The position numbers and the translations under genes are program-made. From an uncultured Actinomycetes bacterium (GTDB taxonomy: Bacteria > Actinomycetota > Acidimicrobiia > IMCC26256 > DASPTH01), in NCBI GenBank assembly GCA_963756895.1, contig CAVWPI010000010.1, forward strand, positions 16,649-80,648: a stretch of DNA of 64,000 nt, written 5' to 3'. Below are positions 38,049 through 48,263 of this stretch, in pieces (within the stretch, counting starts at the first letter, position 1; the number at the start of each line of letters is the position of its first letter). The notes below the pieces were generated by a model. The model had not been told where the DNA came from. It did no database searches and saw nothing but the letters and a program-made list of their open reading frames with translations.

Positions 38049-38639
38049 ATGGACGGCGAGCAGCCCGGCATCCGGCGAGTCCCATTGAGTCCCGAGCGCT
38101 ACGACGACCGGTGGCAGGCACTGGCCGCGACCGGCGCCGATGTGCACGGCGAAGCCGGCCTCGTCACCGCGCTGGTCGGACCCCCAAGCCGGGTGCTCGA
38201 TGCGGGATGCGGCACCGGGCGGGTCGCCATCGAGCTCGCCCGGCGGGGTCACGAGACCGTCGGGATCGATGTCGATCCGGCGCTGCTCGACCGGGCGAGG
38301 GCCAAGGCGCCCGATCTCGCCTGGGAACTGGGCGACCTCGCCACGCTCCCCGACACGACCGCACCCGGCCCCTTCGCCGCCGCGGTGCTCGCCGGCAACG
38401 TCATGATCTTCGTCGCCCCGCGCACCGAGGCCGCGGTCCTCGCCAACGTCTCGGCTCGCCTCGCACCCGGCGGCCTGGTGATCGCGGGCTTCCAGCTCAC
38501 CGGTCGGTTGGCGCTGGCGGACTACGACGACATCGCGGTTGCGGCCGGTCTCGTGGCGGTCGAGCGGTTCGCGACCTGGGACCGACAGCCGTTCGTCGCC
38601 GGCGGCGACTACGTGGTGACGGTCGACTCGAAGCGGTAG
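38049..38639 (+). CDS. class I SAM-dependent methyltransferase
   Basis: RVLDAGCGTGRVAIELARRG (motif I) and LAPGGLVIAGF. Confidence 0.8.
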   Translation: MDGEQPGIRRVPLSPERYDDRWQALAATGADVHGEAGLVTALVGPPSRVLDAGCGTGRVAIELARRGHETVGIDVDPALLDRARAKAPDLAWELGDLATLPDTTAPGPFAAAVLAGNVMIFVAPRTEAAVLANVSARLAPGGLVIAGFQLTGRLALADYDDIAVAAGLVAVERFATWDRQPFVAGGDYVVTVDSKR

Positions 38640-39295
38640 CCCATCCCGGGCTCGGTGTGGAAGTAGCGCGGCCGGCTGGGCTCGGGCTCCAGCTTGCGGC
38701 GGACGTTCGCCATGTGGACGCGCAAGTACGCGGTCTCGTCGTGGTACTCGGGGCCCCACACCTCTTGGAGCAACTGGCGCTGGGAGACGAGTTTGCCCTC
38801 GTTGCGCACGAGGACCTCCACCATGTGCCACTCCGTCGGCGTGAGCCGCACCTCCTCGTCGCCCCGATGCACGCGCTTGGCGCTCAGATCGATGGTGAAG
38901 TCGGGGGTGGTGACGACCGGCGCCTCCTCGGCGGGTGCGGCGCGCCGGAGCGCGGCGCGCAACCGGGCCAGGAGCTCATCCATGCCGAACGGCTTCGTCA
39001 CGTAGTCGTCCGCGCCCGCGTCGAGCGCAGCGACCTTGTCGGGTTCGCCGTCGCGCACGGACAGCACGACGATGGGAACCGTGCTCCAACCGCGCAGACC
39101 CCTGATCACGTCGACACCGTCGATACCCGGGAGACCGAGGTCGAGGATCACGACGTCGGGGTGGTGGCTGGCGGCCAGCGTGAGCGCGTGCTCCCCGTCG
39201 GGCGCAAGGTCGACCTCGTACCCGCGGGCGCGGAGGTTGATCCCGAGCGCGCGCAGGATCTGCGGCTCGTCGTCGACCACCAGCACGCGGGTCAT
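38609..39295 (-). CDS. kdpE: OmpR-family response regulator KdpE
   Basis: MTRVLVVDDEPQI..DVVILDLGLPGIDG..SVRDGEPDKV receiver domain plus a C-terminal winged-helix output domain. ATG overlaps the kdpD stop (ATGA). Confidence 0.9.
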   Translation of the reverse strand: MTRVLVVDDEPQILRALGINLRARGYEVDLAPDGEHALTLAASHHPDVVILDLGLPGIDGVDVIRGLRGWSTVPIVVLSVRDGEPDKVAALDAGADDYVTKPFGMDELLARLRAALRRAAPAEEAPVVTTPDFTIDLSAKRVHRGDEEVRLTPTEWHMVEVLVRNEGKLVSQRQLLQEVWGPEYHDETAYLRVHMANVRRKLEPEPSRPRYFHTEPGMGYRFESTVTT

Positions 39296-41803
39296 GCGGC
39301 ATCCAGGCTGATCACCATCGTGACTCCGCCCCCGGGCGTGTCCTCCACCGCGATCCGGCCGCCCATCGCCTCGACGAAGCCGCGAGCCACCGCCAGCCCG
39401 AGGCCGACGCCGCTGCCGTTCGACCGGTCGCCCATTCGCTGGAACGGCCTGAACACGTCGTCGCGCCGCGCCATCGGGATTCCCGGACCTCGGTCCACCA
39501 CCTGCAGCTCGACACGGTGCTGAGCCACACATGCCTCGATCCGGACGCGCGCGGTGGCCGGCGACCACGCGGATCGCGTTCTCGACCACGTTGGCGATGG
39601 CGCGCTCGAGCAACGCGGCGTCGGCGCGCACACGCGGGAGCGTCTCGTCGACCCCGACGTCGACCCGATCGGCATGCGTCAACCCGGCGATGGCGATGGG
39701 CAGCACCTCGTCGAGACCGACGTCGCGCATCACGAGCTGCAGCGCACCGGTCTGCAACCGGCTCATGTCGAGCAGGTTGCCGACGAGGTGGTTGAGACGG
39801 TCGGTGCCTTCGTCGATGGTCTCGAGCAGCTCACGCGTCGCCCCCGGCGTGAAGTCGACGTCACGTTGCAGGAGGCTCGTGACCGACGCCTTGATCGACG
39901 AGAGAGGTGTCCGCAGGTCGTGGGAAACCGCCGCGAGCAGCGCGGTACGCAGCTCGTTCGCCTCGGCCAGGCCCTCGGCGCGCTCGGCGTCGGCGCGCAG
40001 TTCGCGCTGCTGCACCGCGATCGCCACCTGGCCTGCGAACGACCTGAGCACCTCGCGGTCGTCGTCACTCAGCGTCTCACCCGACAGGACCAGCACCTCG
40101 GAACCGTGCAACGGCACCACGACGTCGGCGTCGTCGGGGCGCGTCGGCGCGGCGTCCCCAGCCGCCGCGAGCACCGTCCACGTGTCGTCGGGCTGCTCAC
40201 CGAGCACCGCGACCTGCCGGGCGTCGAACGCCACCTGGAGCTGGCCGACGAGCTGCGGGAGCGGGTCCTCCGACGCGGAGAGGGTCCCGCTCAGCGCGGC
40301 GAGGGTCTCGGCCTCGGCCCGCGCCCGCGCCGCGTCGGCGGTCCGACGCGACGCGGTGGCCACGAGGAAGCTGACGACGCCCCCCACGAGCAGAAAGATC
40401 ACCAGCGCGACCAGGTTCTCGCCCTTGGAGATCGTGAACTCGTAGTACGGCGGCGTGAAGAACCAGTTCGCGAGGAGGAAGCCCGTGAGCGCGCACACGA
40501 ATGCAGGCACGAACCCGCCCAGCGCCGCGACCACCACCACGACCAACAGGAACATCAAGAGGTCGCTCGGTAACGAGAGTGCGTCGCGCACATTCGACAG
40601 CACGAGCGTGAGGAGCGGCGGTGCGAAGATCGCCAACGTCCATGCGATGATCCGACGACGCGGCGACAACGCAGCTCCGCGAGGCCGTCGGCGAGCCACC
40701 TCGACCGCCTCGCGTTCCTCGTCGTCGCGTTCGGGGTCGGACGAGATCACGTGCACGTCGATGTCGCCCGATGCCCGAAGCACGTTGTTGATCACCGAGC
40801 CGCGGAGCAGGTGGGTCCAGCGCGATTGTCGGCTGGCACCGAGCACGATCTGCGTCGCGTTCTCGGCCCGAGCGAACTGCACCAGCGTGCCCGCCGGGTC
40901 GGCGCTGGCCAATTCGTGGTACTCCCCGCCGAGCTCCTGCAGGAGCGCGCGCTGCAGGCCGAGCGCGTCACCCGCGGTGCCGCGCAAGCCGTCCGCGGAG
41001 CGCACGTGGACGCCGAGCAGCTGGCTGCGGGCACGCGCGGCCATGCGCGCCGCCCGGCGGATCACGTCGTCGCCGCCCGGCGCGCCCGTGATCGCGACGA
41101 CCACACGTTCACGGGTCTCCCACGGACGCGCGATCCCGTGTGTCTCGCGGTACACGGAGAGCGCTTCGTCGACCCGATCCGCGACCCACATCAGCGCGAG
41201 CTCCCGCAGCGCGCCAAGGTTGCCCTCGCGGAAGTAGTTGGCCAGCGACGCATCGACCTTCTCGGCCGGATAGATGTTGCCATGTGCCATCCGCCGCCGC
41301 AGCGCTTGCGGCGTCATGTCGACGATCTCGATCTGATCGGCCGCCCGAACCACGGAATCGGGGATCGTCTCGCGTTGCTTGATGCCCGTGATCTCCTCGA
41401 CCACATCGTTCATCGACTCGAGGTGCTGCACGTTCACGGTCGAGATCACGTCGATCCCGGCCTCGAGGATCTCCTCGACGTCCTGCCAGCGCTTCTCGTT
41501 GCGCGAGCCGGGCACGTTGGTGTGCGCGAGCTCGTCGACCAACGCGACCTCCGGCTTGCGCGCGATCACCGCGTCGACGTCCATCTCCTCGAACTGCGCG
41601 CCGCGGTGGCTCATCACGCGCCGGGCGATGACCTCCAGATCACCGATCTGGGCCTGGGTGTTCGGTCGCCCGTGGGTCTCGACGAACCCGACGACGACAT
41701 CGGTGCCTCGACTGTCGCGCCGACGGCCCTCGTTGAGCATGGCGAACGTCTTGCCCACGCCGGGCGCGGCGCCGAGGTAGATGCGGAGCGTCCCTCGCGC
41801 CAT
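39292..41803 (-). pseudogene. kdpD: sensor histidine kinase KdpD with one extra base at about 39568, immediately before the ATP-binding domain
   Basis: The N-terminal KdpD domain (GAAPGVGKTFAML), the Usp-like region, the DUF4118 TM block and the H-box AAVSHDLRTPL are all in one frame. The N/G1/G2 boxes (ENAIR|WSP..., VVDRGPGIP, GSGVGLGLAVARG) are in the frame of ORF 39292..39675. Confidence 0.85.
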
Positions 41804-41820
41804 GACCCGAGCCTACGGTG

Positions 41821-42444
41821 TCACTTCGAGGCCGACAGTTGGTCGAGCGCCCGGTTGAGCGCGAGCACGTTGACCGTCTGCTCGCCGAGGACGCCCAGCG
41901 TGCGATCCGACGTGTTGTCGTCGATCGCGCGTCGCACCGACCCAACGCTGAGGCCGCGTTCGCGTGCGACGCGTGCCGCCTGCAGCCGGGCGTTTGCCAC
42001 CGAGATGTCGGGGTCGAGGCCAGATGCCGACGCGGTGACCGCGTCGACGGGGACCTCGACGCCGGCTGCGAGACCGTTGAGCTCTCGGTACGCGATCACC
42101 CGGTCGACCACCAGCTTCAGGAAGTCGGGATTGGTCGGGCCGAAGTTCGAGCCGCTGCTGTAGGTCGGGTCGTAGCCCCCCTTCGTGTCACCGGACGCCC
42201 CGAGGGCCGCCGACGGCCGTGACTGGAAGTACTTCTCGATCGGCGTACCTTTCGCGTCGGTGAAGGACTGGCCGATCAGCGACGACCCGATCTTCTGGCC
42301 GTGCTGCTCCACGATCGAGCCTTCGGCCTTCTCGTGGAAGGCGAGCTGTCCGATGGCGGTGATCGCGAGCGGGAACACGAGCCCGAAGAGCACGGTGAAC
42401 ACCACCATCGCGATGACGGCTGGGACGAGTTGGCGACGCATCAC
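41821..42444 (-). CDS. kdpC: K+-transporting ATPase subunit C
   Basis: N-terminal TM helix, then [10 protein letters not shown] and [11 protein letters not shown] motifs. The start overlaps the kdpB stop. Confidence 0.9.
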   Translation of the reverse strand: MMRRQLVPAVIAMVVFTVLFGLVFPLAITAIGQLAFHEKAEGSIVEQHGQKIGSSLIGQSFTDAKGTPIEKYFQSRPSAALGASGDTKGGYDPTYSSGSNFGPTNPDFLKLVVDRVIAYRELNGLAAGVEVPVDAVTASASGLDPDISVANARLQAARVARERGLSVGSVRRAIDDNTSDRTLGVLGEQTVNVLALNRALDQLSASK

Positions 42445-44498
42445 TTCACCCCCAGGGCAGTGAGCACCATATCGATGAGCTTGATCCCGATGAAGGGTGC
42501 GATCACACCGCCTGCTCCGTAGATCAGGAGATTCCGGCGCAGCAGCTGGGCGGCGCCACTCGGGACGAACTTCACGCCGCGCAGCACGAGCGGGATCAGC
42601 ATCACGATGATCAAGGCGTTGAAGATCACGGCCGAAAGGATCGCCGACCGCGGGCTCTGCAGGTCCATCACGTTCAGATCGTTGAGGACGCTCACGCTCG
42701 CGAAGCCCGCGAACATGGCCGGGATGATGGCGAAGTACTTCGCCACGTCGTTGGCGATCGAGAACGTCGTCAACGAGCCGCGGGTGATGAGCAGCTGCTT
42801 GCCGATCTCGACGATGTCGATGAGCTTCGTCGGATCGGAGTCGAGATCGACCATGTTCCCAGCTTCCTTCGCCGCCTGGGTGCCGGTGTTCATGGCCACG
42901 CCGACGTCGGCCTGGGCGAGCGCGGGCGCGTCGTTGGTGCCGTCGCCGGTCATTGCGACCAGGTGGCCGCCGCGCTGCTCGGCCTTGATCAGCTCCATCT
43001 TGTCCTCGGGCGTCGCCTCGGCCAGGAAGTCGTCGACCCCGGCCTCCTGCGCGATCACCGCCGCGGTGCGCGGGTTGTCACCGGTGATCATCACTGTCCG
43101 GATCCCCATGCGTCGGAGGTCGGCGAAGCGCTCGGCGATGCCGGGCTTCACGATGTCCTTGAGGTAGATCACACCCAGTGCCCGAGGCGTCGTCCCGACG
43201 CCCGACTCGGCCACCACGAGCGGCGTGCCGCCCTGCGCCGAGATCGAGTCGACGGCGTGGCCGAGTTCGGGCGAGACGGTGCCGCCCTGCTCCTCGACCC
43301 AGCGCCGCACCGAGTCGGCCGCGCCCTTGCGCACCGAACGACCGCCGATGTCGACGCCGCTCATGCGGGTCTGAGCGGTGAAGGCGATGAGCTCGGCACC
43401 GACGAGCTCGCGCTCGCGCAGACCATAGCGATCCTTGGCCAGGACGACGATCGACCGTCCCTCGGGCGTCTCGTCGGCCAGGCTCGACAACTGGGCCGCA
43501 TCGGCAAGATCCTGCTCACGCACGCCGTCGACCGGGAGAAACGCGTCGGCCTGCCGGTTGCCGAAGGTGATGGTGCCGGTCTTGTCGAGGAGCAGCGTGG
43601 CGCAGTCGCCGGCGGCTTCGACGGCGCGACCGCTCATCGCGAGCACGTTGCGGCGCACGAGCCGGTCCATGCCCGCGATGCCGATGGCCGAGAGCAGGCC
43701 GCCGATGGTCGTCGGGATCAGGCAGACCAGCAGCGCGACCAGCACCACGACGCTCTGCTCGGCGTCGGCGTAGATCGCGAACGGCTGCAACGTCACGGTC
43801 GCCAGCAGGAAGATGATCGTGAGCCCGGCCAACAGGATGTTGAGCGCGATCTCGTTCGGCGTCTTCTTGCGTTCGGAGCCTTCGACGAGGGCGATCATCC
43901 GGTCGATGAACGTCTCACCGGGCCGCGCGGTGATGCGCACCACGATCTCGTCGGAGAGGACGCGGGTGCCGCCGGTGACAGCCGAGCGGTCGCCGCCCGA
44001 CTCCCGGATCACTGGTGCGGACTCGCCGGTGATCGCCGACTCGTCGACGCTGGCGATGCCCTCGATGATCTCGCCGTCGCTCGGGATCACTTCGCCGGCG
44101 GCGACCACGACCTCGTCGCCGAGGTCGAGCGCGGTGCTCGGCACTTCCTCGAGGAGGTCGCCCACGCGACGTCGGGCGACCGTCTCCGCGCGCGTCTTGC
44201 GCAAGGTGTCGGCTTGGGCCTTGCCCCGGCCCTCGGCCACGGCTTCGGCGAAGTTGGCGAAGAGCACGGTGAACCAGAGGAAGAGCGCTACGAGGCCGGC
44301 GAACACGTTCTCGTCACGCGAAGACGTGCCCAGGTCCTTGAAGAAGAGGATCGTGGTGAGGACCGATCCGACACCGACCACGAACATGACCGGGTTCTTC
44401 ATCAGGGTCCGCGGGTTGAGCTTGAGGATGCTGTCGCCGACCGCCCGCTTGAGGATCTCGGGTTCGACCAGCTTGCGCTTCTCGTCGGTCATCGACAT
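42441..44498 (-). CDS. kdpB: K+-transporting P-type ATPase subunit B
   Basis: DKTGTIT phosphorylation site, [22 protein letters not shown]. Confidence 0.95.
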   Translation of the reverse strand: MSMTDEKRKLVEPEILKRAVGDSILKLNPRTLMKNPVMFVVGVGSVLTTILFFKDLGTSSRDENVFAGLVALFLWFTVLFANFAEAVAEGRGKAQADTLRKTRAETVARRRVGDLLEEVPSTALDLGDEVVVAAGEVIPSDGEIIEGIASVDESAITGESAPVIRESGGDRSAVTGGTRVLSDEIVVRITARPGETFIDRMIALVEGSERKKTPNEIALNILLAGLTIIFLLATVTLQPFAIYADAEQSVVVLVALLVCLIPTTIGGLLSAIGIAGMDRLVRRNVLAMSGRAVEAAGDCATLLLDKTGTITFGNRQADAFLPVDGVREQDLADAAQLSSLADETPEGRSIVVLAKDRYGLRERELVGAELIAFTAQTRMSGVDIGGRSVRKGAADSVRRWVEEQGGTVSPELGHAVDSISAQGGTPLVVAESGVGTTPRALGVIYLKDIVKPGIAERFADLRRMGIRTVMITGDNPRTAAVIAQEAGVDDFLAEATPEDKMELIKAEQRGGHLVAMTGDGTNDAPALAQADVGVAMNTGTQAAKEAGNMVDLDSDPTKLIDIVEIGKQLLITRGSLTTFSIANDVAKYFAIIPAMFAGFASVSVLNDLNVMDLQSPRSAILSAVIFNALIIVMLIPLVLRGVKFVPSGAAQLLRRNLLIYGAGGVIAPFIGIKLIDMVLTALGVK

Positions 44499-44510
44499 CA
44501 GCTCCGGTGC

Positions 44511-46229
44511 TCAGTGCAGGATCTTGAGCTGCTCGACGATGGGGCCGAGCGCCAGGGATGGAAGGAAGGTGAGGGCGCCGACGATCACGATCACGCCGAT
44601 CACCAGTACGACGAACAGTGGAGTGTGCGTCGGGAACGTCCCCGCCGACGGTGGCACCCGCTGCTTCCGCACCAGCGAACCCGCCAGCGCGAGCGTCGGG
44701 ATCATCAGGAAGAAGCGTCCGAACAGCATCGCGATCGCCAGCGTGCTGTTCATCCAGGCCGTATTGCCCGTGAGCCCGGCGAACGCGGATCCGTTGTTGT
44801 TGCCGGCCGAGGTGAACGCGTACAGCAACTCGCTGAAGCCGTGAGCGCCCGGGTTGAAGATCGACGTGTCCTTGACCGACCCGACGAACAGGGAGCCCGC
44901 GGTGAACCCGAGCACGACCAGGGGCATCACCAGGATGTAGATGGCGACGAGCTTCACGTCGGAGGCCTGAATCTTCTTGCCCAGGTATTCGGGGGTTCGC
45001 CCAACCATGAGGCCGGCGATGAACACGGCGAGGATCGCCATCACGAGCAGACCGTTGAGCCCGACGCCGACACCTCCCGGGCTCATCTCGCCGAGCTTCA
45101 TGTTGACCATGGCGACCAGGCCACCGGCCGGCGTGTAGCTGTCGTGCATCGAGTTGACCGAGCCGTTGGAGGTCCCTGTGGTCGACGATCCCCACAGCGC
45201 GGACGCCGCCGCGCCGTTGCGCAGGTCCTTGCCCTCGAGGTTGCCGCCCGGCGACGTTCCCGTCACCGTCTGGGTCACGCCTCGCGCGTCGAGCTTCTCG
45301 TTCCCACCCGTCTCGAGGTACTGGAGGGTGATCGCGGCACCGAACCAGAGGACGGCCATCACCGCAGCCACGGCGTAGCCCTGGCGCTTGTCCTTGACCA
45401 TTCGCCCGAAGGTGAACGCGAGGGCGAACGGGATGAGGAGGATCGAGTAGATCTCGAGGAAGTCGCTGAGCTTCGTCGGGTTCTCGAATGGGTGCGCGGA
45501 GTTCACGTTGAAGAAGCCGCCACCGTTGGTGCCGAGCATCTTGATCGACTCCTGGCTGGCCACGGGCCCGCCCGGGATCTTCTGCGTGGCACCGGCAACG
45601 GTGTGCACGTCGGTGAAGCCGTGGAGGTTCTGGATCACGCCCGTAGCGATGAGCACGACTGCGAACAGGAACGCGACCGGCAGCAGGATGCGCAGCGCAG
45701 TGCGGATCAGGTCGACCCAGAAGTTGCCGACGGTGCGGTGCCCGGCCCGGGAGAGTCCCCGGATCAGCGCGACCATGACCGCCATTCCGGCCGCGGCGGA
45801 CACGAAGTTCTGGACGGTGAGTCCCACCATCTGCGTGAGGTGACTGAGCGTGGCCTCGCCGCCGTAGTTCTGCCAGTTGGTGTTGCTGACGAAGCTCACC
45901 GCCGTGTTGAACGCGAGCGCGGGCGTGACGTTCACCATGTCGGTCGGGTTGAACGGCAGCTCGCCCTGGAATCGCTGCATCGCGTAGAGCAGCAGCACAC
46001 CGACGACGCTGAACGCGAGGAACGACAGCGCGTAGGTGTTCCAGCGTTGCTCGCGCTCCGGATCGATGCGGCAGAGCCGGTAGACGAACCGCTCGACGGG
46101 GCCGAACACACGGTCGAGCCGCGAAGGCCCACCTTCGTACACGTCCGCGATGTAGCGGCCCAACGGCGGCGCGGTGACCGCGAGGAGCACCACCAGCGCG
46201 ATGAGTTGACCCCACGCCGCGAAGGTCAT
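44511..46229 (-). CDS. kdpA: K+-transporting ATPase subunit A
   Basis: 572-aa polytopic protein with [10 protein letters not shown] and GTNGGGFFN selectivity-filter-like motifs. Confidence 0.95.
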   Translation of the reverse strand: MTFAAWGQLIALVVLLAVTAPPLGRYIADVYEGGPSRLDRVFGPVERFVYRLCRIDPEREQRWNTYALSFLAFSVVGVLLLYAMQRFQGELPFNPTDMVNVTPALAFNTAVSFVSNTNWQNYGGEATLSHLTQMVGLTVQNFVSAAAGMAVMVALIRGLSRAGHRTVGNFWVDLIRTALRILLPVAFLFAVVLIATGVIQNLHGFTDVHTVAGATQKIPGGPVASQESIKMLGTNGGGFFNVNSAHPFENPTKLSDFLEIYSILLIPFALAFTFGRMVKDKRQGYAVAAVMAVLWFGAAITLQYLETGGNEKLDARGVTQTVTGTSPGGNLEGKDLRNGAAASALWGSSTTGTSNGSVNSMHDSYTPAGGLVAMVNMKLGEMSPGGVGVGLNGLLVMAILAVFIAGLMVGRTPEYLGKKIQASDVKLVAIYILVMPLVVLGFTAGSLFVGSVKDTSIFNPGAHGFSELLYAFTSAGNNNGSAFAGLTGNTAWMNSTLAIAMLFGRFFLMIPTLALAGSLVRKQRVPPSAGTFPTHTPLFVVLVIGVIVIVGALTFLPSLALGPIVEQLKILH

Positions 46230-46318
46230 CAGAACCGCTCGGGGAACAGGAGGGCAGCGAACAGGTAGACGGCCAGCAGCACGGCGAGGATCAACCCGAC
46301 GACGTTCTCGGCGTTCAT
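46229..46318 (-). CDS. kdpF: K+-transporting ATPase subunit F (29 aa)
   Basis: [29 protein letters not shown] is a single TM helix. Its stop overlaps the kdpA ATG. The 63-aa version in the track has an Arg-rich artefactual N-terminus. Confidence 0.75.
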   Translation of the reverse strand: MNAENVVGLILAVLLAVYLFAALLFPERF

Positions 46319-46467
46319 CGGCCGACGACCTCCGCGGGCACGTCGGCGACGGTGTCGCCGAGGAGGTCGTGCTCGTCGGGTCCGATGATGCGGTCGCATC
46401 CCCACACCAGCGCCATGCACAACGCGAAGAACGCCAACACCGTCACCACGACCAACACGTCAGCCAT
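46315..46467 (-). CDS. unlisted 50-codon single-TM ORF translationally coupled to kdpF
   Basis: ATG 46467 is preceded by GAGAGG 7 nt upstream. [52 protein letters not shown] at the third position in about 46 of 50 codons. The TGA overlaps the kdpF ATG (ATGA). Confidence 0.45.
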   Translation of the reverse strand: MADVLVVVTVLAFFALCMALVWGCDRIIGPDEHDLLGDTVADVPAEVVGR

Positions 46468-46694
46468 GCTCGGACCTCTCGCTTCTTCCTCGGAACCCCG
46501 ACGGCGTTCGACTGCCGCCTCGAACCGGTATACGGCGGCGACACGCCTCCGAACATGGTCTTGATGCCTTCTTCACACGCGGTCCGCAAAGTTTCACGCC
46601 GTCATTGCGCAAGCCCCGTCAAGGTCTCGGGGATACGCGTCAAGAGAGCATCAAGACCCTTGGAGACGGTGGCGGACGGCGGTATACCGGAGAC

Positions 46695-47453
46695 ATGACG
46701 CGTCGCACTCCACTCCCCGACGACGCCGCTCGAGCTGTCGGTTTGGCGATCGCCGCCTTCGGCCCGTTGCTCGTGTCCGGCGTCCTTGTACCGTTCCGTG
46801 ACGAGCTCGCGGCCGCGAACGTGGTGCTCGTCTTCGTCGTCGTCGTGGTGCTCGCAGCCGCGGCCGGCACGCGCGTCAGTGGGGCACTCGCAGCGATCGT
46901 CGCAGCGATGTCGTTCGACTTCTTCTTCACGCACCCCTATCAGTCGCTGAAGATCGACAGCTCCGACGACGTGGAGACCACACTCCTCTTGCTCGCCATC
47001 GGCCTGCTCGTCGCCGAGATCGTCACGTTCTCGCGCCGCCACCGACGGGCGTCAGAACAGCGCGGCGACGAGATCTCTCGCCTGCACCGGGTGGCCGAGC
47101 TCGTGGCGTCCGACTCCGACGCCGAAGATGTCGTGCTCTCGGTGCAGGCTGAGTTGATCGGCCTGCTCTCGTTGCGTGACTGCCGGTTCGAGACGCCGCC
47201 GTTCAACTCCGAACTGCCGGTGCTCGAGCGCAACGGAGCGATCGCCGGTGACCAGCATCACTGGATCGGCGGTGAGTACACCCTGCCCCAGCAGGGAGCG
47301 GCGATCCCGGTGCTCGGGCGCGGCCAGAGCTTCGGTCGACTCGTGCTCGTCCCCGACCTCTCCGTCGGCGTCTCACTCGAGCGGCGACTCGTGGCCGTCG
47401 CGCTCGCCGATCAGCTCGGGGCCGCATTCGCCGCCGACGCGCCGGCCGCCTGA
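46695..47453 (+). CDS. DUF4118 (KdpD-type membrane domain) protein with a GAF-like C-domain and no kinase core
   Basis: FRDELAAANVVLVFVVVVVLAAAAGTRVSGALAAIVAAMSFDFFFTHPYQSLKI matches the KdpD TM-domain pattern (compare kdpD ..LLANWFFTPPYYEFTI). The 252-aa protein ends without an H-box. Confidence 0.6.
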   Translation: MTRRTPLPDDAARAVGLAIAAFGPLLVSGVLVPFRDELAAANVVLVFVVVVVLAAAAGTRVSGALAAIVAAMSFDFFFTHPYQSLKIDSSDDVETTLLLLAIGLLVAEIVTFSRRHRRASEQRGDEISRLHRVAELVASDSDAEDVVLSVQAELIGLLSLRDCRFETPPFNSELPVLERNGAIAGDQHHWIGGEYTLPQQGAAIPVLGRGQSFGRLVLVPDLSVGVSLERRLVAVALADQLGAAFAADAPAA

Positions 47454-47456
47454 CGG

Positions 47457-47822
47457 CTAGAGCAGTCCCGCCAGCGCGAACCCCGCGGTCGCGGCGACCA
47501 GCCCGAGGCCGACGCTCCCCAGCGCGTTCACGAGCGCCGCGCGCGTGGCCCCCGACTCGAAGAGGCCGAACGTGTCGTAGGAGAAGGACGAGAACGTGGT
47601 GTACGCGCCGATGAAGCCGGTGCCGATCACCGTGCGGACGTCGGGGTCGAGGCCCTGGTAGGTCACCAGCCCGACGAGTGCCCCGAGAGCGAACGCCCCC
47701 GACACGTTCACCACCACGGTGCCGTACGGGAACCGCGATGCGGTCCGCGACTGCACCAGCTCGTGGACGCCGTAACGCCCGAGCGCGCCCAACGCTCCCG
47801 CCAGCGCGACGAGACCGAGCAT
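47457..47822 (-). CDS. crcB: fluoride channel CrcB/FluC (copy 2)
   Basis: 121 aa. GTVVVNVSGAFALG and GFIGAYTTFSSF motifs. ATG overlaps the upstream stop by 1 nt. Confidence 0.85.
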   Translation of the reverse strand: MLGLVALAGALGALGRYGVHELVQSRTASRFPYGTVVVNVSGAFALGALVGLVTYQGLDPDVRTVIGTGFIGAYTTFSSFSYDTFGLFESGATRAALVNALGSVGLGLVAATAGFALAGLL

Positions 47823-48229
47823 CAGTCGTCCTGCTCCGGGTCGAACGCGGGTGTGGGCCGGCACGTCACCGCGCGCGCGACCTGGACGCCGAGCGCCACC
47901 GCGACGAACCCCGCGACCAGGCTGACCACGAGGTACAGCGCAGCCGTGCCCGTGCGGCCGTCACGCGTGAGCAGCACGCTCTCCACCATCCAGGTCGAGA
48001 ACGTGGTGAGGCCGCCACAGAAGCCGACGGCCGCGAACGCGCGGAGTGCGCCGGTGGATCCGCGCGTCTCGGCCAGCACCACGATCACGACCCCGAGGAG
48101 GAGCGAGCCCACCACGTTGGCGGTGAGCGTCGCCCACGGGAACCGGCCGCTCTGCACCGGCTCCGCGAGTGCGAGCTCGTACCGCGCCACCGTACCCAGC
48201 GCACCTCCGACCGCCACCGCGACGAGCAT
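47822..48229 (-). CDS. crcB: fluoride channel CrcB/FluC (copy 1)
   Basis: ATLTANVVGSLLLG and GFCGGLTTFSTW motifs. The start may instead be GTG 48247. Confidence 0.8.
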   Translation of the reverse strand: MLVAVAVGGALGTVARYELALAEPVQSGRFPWATLTANVVGSLLLGVVIVVLAETRGSTGALRAFAAVGFCGGLTTFSTWMVESVLLTRDGRTGTAALYLVVSLVAGFVAVALGVQVARAVTCRPTPAFDPEQDD

Positions 48230-48263
48230 CCAGGTGCGGTGCTCCACGGTCACGCCCGCGACG

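Noticed and set aside
38609-41803. Treating the 1064-aa ORF as a natural KdpD-KdpE hybrid gene.
   Set aside because: About 91 residues between the H-box region and KdpE are out-of-frame, Arg/Gly-rich junk. The genuine ATP-binding boxes are readable in the adjacent frame. The continuity is a by-product of a single extra base, so the locus is reported as a frameshifted kdpD plus a separate kdpE.
42963-46268. A 1101-aa ORF on the plus strand across kdpB/kdpA. Similar very long ORFs are 53316..55994 (+), 47763..50459 (+), 18115..20358 (+), 57794..59929 (+), 60544..62217 (+) and 561..2144 (+).
   Set aside because: These ORFs are antisense or off-frame to genes with unmistakable family motifs. Their translations are low-complexity Arg/Ala/Gly/Asp/His-rich strings, as expected from stop-poor alternative frames in DNA of about 70% GC. 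The only real segment among them is the last part of 47763..50459, which is the TetR N-terminus.
46229-46420. The 63-aa version of the kdpF ORF, with N-terminus [34 protein letters not shown].
   Set aside because: The Arg-rich extension overlaps the better-supported 50-codon ORF in another frame. A canonical 29-aa KdpF starts at ATG 46318.
46468-46694. A c-di-AMP (ydaO/kimA-type) riboswitch in the kdp leader.
   Set aside because: The leader is long and contains two CGGGG boxes. However, I could not recognise the pseudo-two-fold conserved core of that class by eye. I am leaving it as a structure to test with a covariance model, not as a call.
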